Shown one piece after another: positions 1 through 11,589 of a DNA stretch of 64,000 nucleotides. The position numbers and the translations under genes were made by a program. The DNA is taken from assembly GCA_047967505.1 (NCBI GenBank), contig CM106538.1, one strand, 5' to 3'. The notes below the pieces were generated by a model that worked only from the letters and a program-made list of their open reading frames with translations, was not told the DNA's origin and made no database searches. The DNA comes from Dipteris shenzhenensis (taxonomy: Eukaryota). Each line of letters starts with the position of its first letter. Within the stretch, counting starts at the first letter, position 1.

Positions 1-312
1 AGCTTGTTTTCAGCCGTTTTAACACTGTTTTGACTGTTCCAAGGCTAGTACGGACTTCTAGGAAGTGCCAGAACTCATTTTTGAACTTTCGGGAAATTTT
101 CGTACGGATTGTATGGACGTCTGTACGACTGTATGGACGTCCGTACAGACGTGTTCAGTTGCCTCCAGCAGGTGCCCGGGGTTGTCTTTTGCTGTGCTGG
201 ACCTTTGTGCACATGTTTTTGGTTGCGTGGTGGCTTCTGGAGCTGTTCTGGAGCTGCGCAAGCTGCAAGAGGAACTTTCCCTGTTGCTTTTGGCATCTTC
301 TCTTAGGAGGAC

Positions 313-773
313 TGTCAAACACATAGATCTAATTCTCTACTTAGATCACGGGAGTAGCACCATGAATCACCTCCCAGCCATATCTCGCTAAGGCTAACGA
401 GCAGACAGAGATCTTCGTTGGTTCAAATCAACATGAATCATCTTCTTCGCTTCTCTCTCTAGCCTCAACAAGCCCCAATTCCCTAGATAGATCTAGATGC
501 CACATGTCATCCATATAGGACCTTCCTAATGCTATATTTCACCCCTCTCTTGGGATGCATTAAATTCATTGCCCCTAGGCACAACCTTTGCATTAGGCCC
601 TTGGCCTTAGATCTACCTAGTCTGGTGCTATCAGCCCTCACCTAGGACCTTGACATTAAATCCCTCCCGATCATTTACACGAAGCGCAAACACATATATT
701 ACAGAAATAGATCCTTTAAGGGAAATGTCGACTGATTCTTTTGAGGTCATGCTACCTCGGCTAGAGCGTAACA
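313..773 (-). repeat. 3' LTR of gypsy 313-7036
   Basis: Direct repeat of 6586-7036. Confidence 0.95.
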
Positions 774-3700
774 ATCCTTCCCTCTTCAGACATTAGCGTC
801 CTCGATGATAAAGTCTGGGAACACTCTCCGCAACTGATATACGGATTCCCAGGTAGCTTCGGATAGAGGCTGACCATGCCATGCAACCAACACCGTGGGT
901 ATCTTCCGATTTCGTATTTGCATTGTTCCTCGGTCCAGGATCCTTGTTGGTTTGCGTCTTGCAATATCCTCTATCTCCTGAAACAAAACCACACCTTCGA
1001 TTAGTGAGTCACCAGTATGTAAAAATTTCTTTAAGCGCGAAACATGAAAAACCGGGTGCACCTTACACCCCTGTGGCAATTCTAATTTATAGGCTACATT
1101 GCCTATTGTGTTTAGAATTAACCACGGCCCACAGTATCGAGGTGATAATTTAGCACATTCTCCTGAAGTCAACGACTTCGAGTGCAAAGGAACTCTGAGA
1201 AAAACTTTTTCTCCTTCCTTAAATACCCTTATAGACCGGTTTTCATCCGCATACACCTTGGCTCTATCCGTAGCCTGGCGGATATTAGCTCTCGCAAGTG
1301 CTAGCATCTCCCGCATCTGAACCACAAAGTTCGCGGCACTAGGTACTCTCTGAGGTACTCCAACTATAGTTGGATTGGCTGGTCTATAACCATAGTTCAG
1401 CTCAAACGGACTGAACCCTGTAGAGGAATGTTTTCTATCATTGTAGGCAAACTCCAACAATGGCAACCACTTGTCCCATGTATGTTGCCTCAATGACACA
1501 TATGCCCTCAGCATATCCTCTAAAGTCTGGTTGACTCTCTCTCTGTCTGACCATCCGTCTCAGGATGATCCCCACTACTCATTCCCAACTCAGTCCTTAG
1601 TGTTTCAAATACCGCTGTCCAAAAATGACCGGTAAATCTGACATCTCTGTCTGACACTATGGATCTAGGCAATCCATGCAGACGAAATATATGTCTAATG
1701 AACAAATCCGCCACTTGCGGGGCACTAACAGACTCCCTAGTCGGAATGAAGTGAGCCATCTTGGTTAGACGATCAACCACCACAAGGATAGAATCATATC
1801 CTCCTTGTGTCGTAGGCAGGCCTACAATAAAGTCCATGAAAATGCTCTCCCACTTACTTAGTGGTACTTCCAAAGGCTGTAAAAGTCCAGGTGGCTTCAC
1901 CCGCTCGGCCTTGCTTACCTGACACGAGAAACACCGTGTCACATATTCATGAATATGCTTTTTCATCTTTGGCCAAAAGAAATCTCGCTTTACGAGATCA
2001 TATGTCTTCTCGACTCCTGGATGTCCCGCACACGGGCTATCATGGCATTGTCGAATGACTCTCTGCCTGAGATCATTCTGACTAGGTACTACAACCTTGC
2101 CATTTCTAACTAGCATACCATCCCTTATGGTATATCTTGCATAAGTTTGGCCTTTTTTGGATGCCAGGTCATCCTTTTCACTTTCCTCGGGTTTTAACAC
2201 ATGGCTTTAGGCCAGAAGCTCTGGACAAACTCGTCCACTTTTTTGAGTTTCTCTTATCTCGGTCATTAGAGCACTCTCTAATACCGTGAAACTCAGGTTG
2301 TGCATAATGCGAGACAATGCATCAGCAACCTTATTGTCTTTTCCTCTTCGGTACCGAATCATTAGATTAAACTCCTACATGAGCTCTGCCCACCTAGCTT
2401 GGCGGCCCCTCAAGTCAGGTTGTTTACAAAAATGTTTCAGAGTATCATGATCCACATCCACATAAAACTTTGAACCATACAAATAATGCCTCCATGTTTT
2501 CAGAGCATGGATAACAGCATACAACTCCAATTCATGAGTTGGCCAATTCCTTTGAGAGGGAGAAAGCTTCTTGCTTTCAAAGGCTACTGGCCTTCTCTCT
2601 TGAAGGAGAATTGCTCCTACCGCAATGTCACTTGCATCGGTTTCTAGGAACAACGGTTTTTGGGGATCAACTATTTTTAACACCGGTCCTGAGACCACAA
2701 CTTGTTTTATGGTGTTAAAACTTTCTTGTTGATTCTGCCCCCAAGTAAAAGGTACTTTATCTGAGGTCAGATCAGTCAATGGCGATACTATTCCGGAATA
2801 TCCTTTGATATGCCTTCTGTAAAACTGGACAAATCCCAAGAATAATCGCAAGCGGTCAGACTCTGAGGGATTGGCCAAGTTAGTATCGCAGCCACTTTCT
2901 TCGGATCCATTTCTACCCCTTGTGGAGTAATTATGAACCCTAAATATTCAAGCCTAACCATACACAGTATAGTTTTCTTTTTATTTACATAAAGACTGGC
3001 TTTCCTCAAAGTACTGAACACTACTCTTAAGTGTTCACAATGCTCAGTAATACTTTTACTGAATATCAGGATATCGTCAATAAAATGTACTACGAACTTT
3101 CCGATATACGGACGTAGTAAATCGTTCATAAGCATGACGAATGTAGCCTGAGCATTGGTAAGTCCGAAGGGCATTACCAAAAACTCATAATGACCAAACC
3201 TGCTTTTGAAAGCGGTTTTATGCACATCCTCGGCTCTAATCCGGATTTGATGGTAGCTGCACTTAAGATCTATCTTACTGAAAATCACGGCTCCACGTAA
3301 TGCATCTAGCAAATCATCAATTCGAGCCATCGGATACCTGTGCTTAACAGTGATATTATTCAATGCTCTGTAATCTATACAAAGGCGAAACGTATCATCC
3401 TTTTTCTTCTTTAATATCACTGGCGAAGCAAAAGGTGAGAAACTTGGATGAATCTGCCCCAACTTGAGGTATTCTTCCAGTTGTCTACGCACCTCCGCCT
3501 CTTCGGTAAAACTCATTCTATAGGGAGGTCTATTTACAGGTTCTGCCCCCGGGATCAGTTCAATCTTATGTTGAACTTTCCGCTCTGGAGGTAACCCATA
3601 AGGTAGTTCATCCCTAAAACATTCAGAGAACTCCTCTGTTATAAGATTAGCCAGCTTGGCCATCTCACCACTTTGCGTAACATCAGTGCTAGCCGAAGAA

Positions 3701-6585
3701 TCATCAACCGGCTCTACCGATGCTGTGCAAAGGAATAAAAACTCTACTTGAGCTTTTCGGATTTCCATCACGGAAACCAACGGTCCCTGAGGTATATCTT
3801 TTTCACCTCGCAAGACATAAAGCACATCATTCATCTTGAATTGATATACGTGCTTTTTCCAATCAATGGCTGGATTCTTCTTAGAATGCCACGCCATACC
3901 CAGGGCTATATCTTCATGAGCAAGCTTGGTCATTTCAAAATCAAGCTTCTCAGCATAGTCATGAATCCGAAGCTCCAACTGGGTAACCCTTTCGTCCCAT
4001 ACTTCAGTTGAACTTCCATCTGCCATTCTAACTGTATACGCATAGTCAGATGGGCTTGTCTTTTATTTCAGCCTCTTCACGAGCTTGGAGTTAATTACAT
4101 TGTGAGATGACGCCGAGTCAAACAACACAATGACATCATGATTGGCCACTTGCCCTTTCATTTTAATTAACTCCGTATCATTAAAGGCTGTATACTCCGT
4201 TGCTGCGGGCTTAGATAGGATGTTATCAGGTGCACTCGTCACTAACTTAGCAACAGACACACATAACAAACAAGGTACTAACCTCTGAGAAGATCCCGCT
4301 AGCTGAATCTGCATCTCTTCTGCTCTGGGACTTCCCTGCATCTACACGTCGCACTCTGAGATTACCATCTCAGCCATCTGACGATCTTTGTTACGTGGAC
4401 AATTCTTCCACTGGTGAGGTTGAAGGCAACCAAAGCATAAGCCTTCTCTCCTCGCTTTTTCCCTTTGTTCTGGGTTCAAGGGAGAGTTAGACCAAGCCCG
4501 GGCTGCCATTGGGGTTACTTTCCTCTTCACTCCAATGGTGGTACTTGGTTTAGGAGTTTCAGCCGGTCTCGCCTGCTTGGCTTGACCACTCGGCTGCGAA
4601 CCACTCCCTCTACTAGCCCACTTCTTCTTAAACCCAGATTTCTTCGGATACCCATACTGGGTTCCGACTTGTGCAAACCCACTTGGCTTGCTGCCCTTGG
4701 CATCCTCGTAGTTCAGGGCTATAGCTATTGCATCATCTAACGTGTTAGCGTACTTAGCCCGAACTTCCATTTTTATTCTATCATTCAATCCAAATATGAA
4801 ATCTTTCACTTGGATTGATTGAGGCAGGGGTTCGTCAACCTTCATTACACTCTCTCGAAACTTATCAGTGTATTCTGCCACTGATAAATTTCTCTGACGA
4901 AGGTTCCTATATTGATCCCAAGCTCGGGATGCTTCATCAGGAGGTAAGAAGTGTTTCCTGAACTCTCTTTTAAACCCCTCCCAGGTAGTGGATGCTATAC
5001 CATCTTTTTGTTGTTTAATCCACCACCGATCCGCTGCCTCACTAAACATGTGGGTGGCCTCACGGATCTTATTGATGTCATTTCTGATTTCACAAATGGC
5101 GAACGCCTCGTCCCATTTGTGTAACCAGGTCTCAGTGACATCGGAGCTACGGTCGTTCATCCGACTAGAATACTTTTCCGGTCTGTAATTGGCAATATTT
5201 GGCACTTTAACCTTTCTAGGCTTGACCGTATGGACACTAGACTCCAGTTCCATTGGAGCCTTTCCCTTCTCTTCTCGAGAAGGTCTGGCAGACATACTCT
5301 GTATCGCTCTCCTAAGTTTGGACTGCCCTGCATTGGCCTGTAATTGCTGCGCTAACAACTGTTGCAAGGCATCCTCCAGCAATGCAATTCTGCCAGCTAA
5401 AGTATGAGCTACTGGGCGCGATCCCTGCTGGGTCGGCCGGACTCCTGATTCACCAGGGTCCCTCCTGGAAGCCCCTTCTTTGGGTGTTTTGTTTTGTTTT
5501 GTTTTTTTAAAACACCACTGAAAAACTGTATTTATAAGCTGACATAGTTGAGTGTACTAACAGTCTAACACAATTCCCTATACTAGGGAATCCCCGCAAT
5601 CCCACATTCACACCGATCAGGCATTTAACACATGCATATATCTCAGATGGCGCTTTTCCCTATACTAGGGAATTTCCTGCAAACTGACTTTGATCGAAGC
5701 ACATAGGCATATGCACAGGCATAATCTGTCCCTGCTACAACATTAACGCCTCATGCAAGCTGATTACTCTTAAGATCCTGTCTATGAACGTAAAGCATCA
5801 CCCCCCTAAATCGAGGAGGAAAAAAAACAACACGAAATAATAGAGGTCGAAGAGAGCTCCCTGGTCGTTAACGAATAGTCACACTCCCCTTTTGTTCCAT
5901 GCAATTCCAGTCAACAACCTGTCGTACTCCTGCTATCAGTCTTCAGTTACAGTTGATGTACAGGCTGCGGGCCACCAGCCTGTTCTGCCACCACGTTCGA
6001 CCAATTTGTCCGTTTAAATAGTCGGACCAATTGGTCTCCCGCTCACAAACTGCTGCAATCCGTTCCACTCCTTCCTTTGGGCTTTCTATTGAACTCACCC
6101 ACAAAATCCCGACGTCGCGAGGAACCTTCCGCTCCAACAACAGCTTCAACGCCTGCGCATGTCACTGCTCCTACGTTCGACGACCCGTTTGCGTAGCCAC
6201 CGTTCAACGACTAGCGCACTTCTGTTTGATTTCGTTATAGCTGCGGGAGCGCCACCAATCCTTCGTTTCCTAATTCGTGGACGTCGCCGATTACCAGTCG
6301 TTCCACCCAGGCTCCAGACCCGCTGTCCGCCACTAACTTACGGGACCCCCAAGCTCCAGCCACAATTCAGAAGCCTTCGTTCGTCACGTCGCAGCATCAC
6401 CCGGTCAGTCCGTCGATTGGCGCTCAGATCGTTCGACGATCCAGCTCTGTATCGTTCACGTGAAGGTCTTCTTATCCCCTATCTAGCTTGCGTAGACCAT
6501 CGTTGGACGACTAGCCACCAAGCCCATGAACACGACCTTTCTTCGTCCCGTATCCCTTGATCTCTCCACAGGCTCTGATACCAAA

Positions 6586-7036
6586 TGTCAAACACACAGA
6601 TCTAATTCTCTACTTAGATCGCGGGAGTAGCACCATGAATCACCTCCCAGCCATATCTCGCTAAGGCTAACGAGTAGACAGAGATCTTCGTTGGTTCAAA
6701 TCAGCATGAATCATCTTCTTCTCTTCTCTCTCTAGCCTCAACAAGCCCCAATTCCCTAGATAGATCATGTCATCCATATAGGGCCTTCCTAATGCTATAT
6801 TTCACCCCTCTCTTGGGATGCATTAAATTCATTGCCCCTAGGCACAACCTTTGCATTAGGCCCTTGGCCTTAGATCTACCTAGTCTGGTGCTATCAGCCC
6901 TCACCTAGGACCTTGACATTAAATCCCTCCCGATCATTTACATGAAGCACAAACACATATATTACAGAAATAGATCCTTTAAGGGAAATGTCGACTGATT
7001 ATTTCGAGGTCATGCTACCTCGGCTAGAGCGTAACA
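6586..7036 (-). repeat. 5' LTR of gypsy 313-7036
   Basis: Adjacent to the PBS; direct repeat of 313-773. Confidence 0.95.
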
Positions 7037-7681
7037 AGGACTCAGGCACAGATCCCGAGGCAAATCATTTCGGGACAGATCTGTGAACCATCTTTCCTCT
7101 ACAGCTCTTTCTTGTTCACCCTCCGCTCTCTACCTTCATTTCTCTCTTCTCCTGATTGCTGGAAGACACCTGCACCCTGCGGGGAGCTTGGGCAGAGGAT
7201 AGGTGTGAGGAAGGAGCTCGCCCCTCTGCCACAGACAGCGGGAGTTGGTTCTAGGTTCGGTTTTTCCTTGTTCTTTCTTGCTTTGTAGCTTTTTGCAGTG
7301 CATGCGTGTTGTGTGTAGGACTCCAACAAGTTCTAGCAAGGTGATCCTGTGGAAGGCCTAAGGACATTGTGGATGCATGTGATAGCCTTGAGTACAGTTT
7401 GCCAGTGGTTTGGATGCCTGAATGCCTCTAAGTTGTGTCAGATCAGAAGTGAATGCCTGAGTATGCCTTGCCAGTGGGAATTCTAGTGGTGCATTGGGAT
7501 TAGATGCCTTGAAGACAAGTAGAGGATTTGCAGAGAGGAACAATGCAAGGTTGAACCCTTGTTGTAAAGCATTTCCATTCAGAAGCATTAAATAATACCG
7601 TAAGGGGTGCCAAGGCCTTGTTTCTAAGTTGTGCTAAGTGATTTAAGTAACTGAAGCTTGCATTGTGGCTATTTATGAAGT

Positions 7682-8146
7682 TTATGACTGAGTAGAAGCT
7701 CGTATCTTGGTGATTGTTATCCAATTGATGTATGATCCAGAAGATAGAGGAAGAGACATGAGCATGTCATGGATAGTGCCACCATTGAAAAATGGACTAA
7801 TTAGCCAAAGCTCCTTGTCATGCACATAGCCTATTGCTCGACACACAGCTCTATGTGTCACACTCATTACTAACTCTATCTTTAGTGATGAATGTGCTCT
7901 TGCATTATCCTTTAGAAGTCTTTTGCCAGCATAGGATAATGTTGGTCTAAAAGTTGGAACACCTTAAACTTGCATTCGGTATACCCTTCCTTCTATTCCA
8001 CCACCTAAATATTAATGAACTGTTAATGCTGCTAGTGAAAAATGCATAGTAGAAGAACACAAGTCAGCAAATTGAGTGCATAGTTCAATTTGTGCCCTTC
8101 CTTGTATGTCTGCAGCATTAGTGTTTTCCTCAGATCCACTAGCCAT
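7682..8146 (-). pseudogene. Decayed, intronless protein-kinase N-lobe fragment
   Basis: One frame from ATG 8146 through two TAA stops: YLGGGIEGRVYR (Gly loop), YAGKRL (subdomain II Lys), SLKIEL (alphaC Glu), THRAVCRAIGY, LWLISPFFNGGTIHDML (subdomain V); no HRD/DFG found downstream. Confidence 0.75.
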
Positions 8147-9758
8147 CTTAGTATAATGAACAAGAGCACTAGTAGTTGCTTTCCCTATTGATCCTCTCTC
8201 TCTGATATTTTTCCTATGAATAGCAGCATGTGAAGATAACTGAAAACAGCTGCTGAAATAGAACCCCAAACCTTACTCCGTTTGCTGATCCGACTCCTCG
8301 TCTGATGCCCTGCGTGAACACCTTCCAGGAGGGCCAAGAGTTGAGGCTGGTCAGAGGCCAACTTCTTGTCAGGCCGTTCAGAAGGGGCTGGAGTGGAGCT
8401 GTAGGAGTGCTGAAGGAGGGAGGACTGAATGAGAAAAAGAGAGGGCAGCAAGGGCCTTTTATAGGGGCTGAGGAGCCAACCAACCAGCCTGGCTGTAGCT
8501 GACTGAGTAGTCGGCTATAGCCGCCTGGCTGTTGGTCTCCTTGGCCTATAAAAGCCCGTCCTTGGCTCATTTGTAAGGGAGTTTTGTGGACAGCCTTTGC
8601 AGGCTGCCTTGCTGGCTCCCTTTTGGTCCATTGGTCAGCCTTTGGGGGGCTTGATGGGGCTCCTATCCTAGGCTATGACCTAGACCTAACCTAACCTAAG
8701 ATGGAAACACTAACTACCTACTGTTCTCCAGTGGGTACTAGTAAACAAGACTAACTGTCTTAGTTGACCTAAGGTTTAGAGATTGACTTACGTAGCTTGT
8801 GCCTAACCTTTGTAAGTCATAGAAGGCCTGCAAAGCTTTGCCTGTAACTTGAACTTTCTCCCTGCGTGTCTTTACCTTCTCTAATAAATCTGTAAGAGGG
8901 GCTGCGTGTGTTGAGAATCCATCCATGTGCGAGTTGTTGGCTTGACACAAACCTGCAAAGGATCGAATCTCTTGAAATGTCGTGGGGACAATACAACTAG
9001 TGAAAGTTTGAATCTTCTCTGGATCCAATTAATCCCTTGAGCACTAATGATGTATATTAGATACTGAATTTTTAGCAATCCAACTCACTTTTCTTTGTGT
9101 TGGGGTAGAGTTGGTTAGGGCGCACTATAGGGCGCATCGCACATCCTGAATATGTTGCTCGGCTGTAGTGGAAAAGATAAGGATATCATCACTTCCCAAT
9201 ATACTCTGCAAATACCCAAGACATCATCTTGTTGAACGTTGGTGGTGCATTCTTCAGACCAAATGGCATGACGACGAACTCGTAATGAGCTCGCTCTGTT
9301 TGGAAAGCTGTCTTTGGGATGTCAGCTTCCAAAATCTGGACTTGGTGGTAGCCACTCTTGAGGTCGATTTTTGAGAAAATTTTTGCACCATTGAGTCTTT
9401 CCAAGATATACTCGATGCGGGGCATAGGAAACTTATTACTTATTGTGAGTTTGTTGAGTGCTCTGCAGTCGACACATAATCGTGCGGACTTATCCTTCTT
9501 TGTCACAAAAGAATGGGTGCAGCAAACGGCGAAGATGATGGTCTAAGAAACCCTGCGCACAGTAATTGAGACAACTGTTGCTTTAACTCCCCCTCCATAG
9601 ACTTGGAAAGCGATACGGGAACTTACTTGGAGGTGACGAATTTGGAAGCAGATCAATGCGATGGTCTTTGGGTGTGTTGGGAGGTAGCTAGGGTGGCAGA
9701 TCATCTCGTAGCATGATGTCTTTGAACTCTTGGAGTAGATACACCATAACTTGTTCTT

Positions 9759-10357
9759 GGGTGAGTTTGGGAATGTTCGTGGATTCATCTAGGTATATGC
9801 TTCTGCTGTATTAGCGGACATGCAAATTTCACCTTGTGAAGTTTTCGTCCAAGTTGCGGCCTGCTGGTATTGCGAGAATTCTTTCTATCTTAAATGGTGC
9901 GTTGCCCTATCAGCTAGATTTTAGATTTAGATGCTCGTCTGGGAGAGACTAAAATGAAATCGTTTAGACTTCACAAGCAGTTGTAGCTTGAATGAAGAGA
10001 TTTGGACTACTTTTTGATTAGCCTTCTCCTTTAGTGCTAGCCTTCGTCATGGTTGAGTTTGCCCTTCACCTCCGGAGTGCCGACAGAAACTCAGTACAAA
10101 GACTTTGTATAAATGGATGCTCAAGTATGTGTGGGTGTGTGGATTTGTATGTGTGAGAGCATACTTTTATACTATGGTCTACACCCATTGTTGGGCGCTG
10201 ATGACGTCAGTGGGGATGTCATAGTAGCTAGTCCCTGCTATGCGTGATGGAGTTTATGGTTTTCAATCTTATGAGTGACTCTCGTGAGATTGAAACTGCA
10301 CTATGTTGTGTTTTTAGAGGATGAGTTTGGGAATGTTCCTGGATTCATCTAGGTATA
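9759..10357 (+). mobile_element. Non-coding structured-RNA retro-insertion, family A (560-bp unit plus 39-bp terminal repeat)
   Basis: 9759-9797 repeats as 10319-10357; ~23-bp TSD (9736-9758/10358-10380, 3 mismatches); removal restores gypsy pol frame PPKEQVMVDLLQEFKDI; many G.U-containing hairpins. Confidence 0.85.
9791..9916 (+). ncRNA. Conserved RNA structural motif (unclassified; candidate ribozyme), copy 1
   Basis: Shares invariant loops and compensatory stems with 16801-16920 and 17069-17188. Confidence 0.6.
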
Positions 10358-11589
10358 TAGATCCACCATAACTTGCTCCTTCGGAGGAGCAGCTTGACTG
10401 CAGTAATCTAGTAGTGGACGTAAACAAGTGCACATATGGCGCGACTTGCTTGGATACAAGAGATTAACGAAATCCTTGGTATCCTCCGATCACCGCGTAT
10501 CACGGCAGGCTTAGGTAAACCTTTCACAATGGTGAAGGTGTCCAATTCCCAATTAGGGGTCGGTACATGCTCACGGAACCACTAAATCCCAAGGATCATG
10601 TCGCATCCCATCAAAGAAGTCAGAATGAAATCCTATGTAAAAATGGCCTTCGGAAGTGAAAAAGTGAAACGGATGGCCTTATGTGTGATGTGTGTGCGCA
10701 AGCCGGGTGTGAACTTGTCCACTACAAGCTAGTGAGGCACCAAGTTGCATCCCACAGTTTTGGCAAGATGAGGGGAGATATCTTCTGAACTTCCCATATC
10801 GAACAATATAATAAACAGATGCCCATCAGTTGTGCCGTATGTCGAATGGGCATCTTTTTTTGATATGAGAAGTCACCCTCCTCCTTACCTTGAAAGACCA
10901 CTGTGGGAATGACGTCCAAAGTAGGGAAGACAACATTCGTAGCTGAGGATGGAGGCGGGGTTGGAACAACCAATACATTGGCGACGTACGAAGTAGGTGC
11001 TTTTGCAGCCTTTTTGGCAAGCCACTTCGGACAATCCTTCTTGCCGTGCCCAGCAATGTGTTGGCAATGAAAGCAATGAGCTTTTGCTCGTCAGGCTATA
11101 GGTAGCCTCCCGTAATATCCACTTTAGCCTTCTCATCTGGAGTCATCTTTGGCTTGGACTCCTTTTGACCAGAAGCCTGGCCGTCTTTCTTTTAAAACTG
11201 GTTGTCCTTCTTTTGATTTTTACCGGCTGTGGTGTTTGACTACTGTGGGGATTTGGAATCCTTCTGTACCTACTTGGGCTTTCCCCCGTTCAGCATCATC
11301 TTCGGATTTTGTGCGAGAGTCAGCACCCACTCGTAATCCGGCGGGTCGAAGCTGTGGATGGTAAATCAGATGTTGATGTGCAGTCCTCAAATGAATTGCT
11401 TCATCTTGTCGCTCTTAGACACGCCTAAGTGTTGTGCCAACGTGATGACCTTGTTACTGCACGTCAACACCGGTAAACCGTTTGGGAGAGACGAGAAAAC
11501 TCATCCTCTAAGTTAAGCATATACTGGGGCAGGAGAAAACATGCTTTGAGATCGGTCACAAATGTTGTACAAACAAAATTCGTCTTAAA

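Larger units (their letters stand above)
313..7036 (-). mobile_element. Full-length Ty3/gypsy chromovirus, decayed gag-pol
   Basis: LTRs 313-773 and 6586-7036 (TG..CA, ~10 substitutions plus a 10-bp indel); TSD AGGAC (308-312/7037-7041); PBS TGGTATCAGAGC (tRNA-iMet) at 6572-6583; PPT 774-787; gag CCHC, PR (LFDSAS), RT (FIDD), RH, IN and chromodomain in ORFs 786-5382, broken by stops and frameshifts. Confidence 0.96.
8795..11420 (-). mobile_element. Truncated, degenerate Ty3/gypsy (gag CCHC, protease, RT, start of RH)
   Basis: CFHCQHIAGHGKKDCP, ILFDMGS, KIDLKSGYHQ/VMPFGLKNAP; no LTRs recognised; interrupted by the insertion at 9759-10357; boundaries approximate. Confidence 0.85.

Noticed and set aside
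9759-9860. Apparent continuation of the gypsy pol frame (LDESTNIPKL)
   Set aside because: The TSD and the restored frame after excision show this is inserted non-coding sequence
9866-9956. Group I intron-like P (TTGCGAGAA) and R (AGAGACTA) words; partial resemblance of the motif to U6 or group II domain V
   Set aside because: No matching Q/S pairing, P/R words absent from family B, and the similarity is too short
10198-10204. CTGATGA hammerhead core in the family A unit (also ~20988-20994)
   Set aside because: No properly placed GAAA or stem III; the heptamer sits in a hairpin loop closed by GGCG/CGTC
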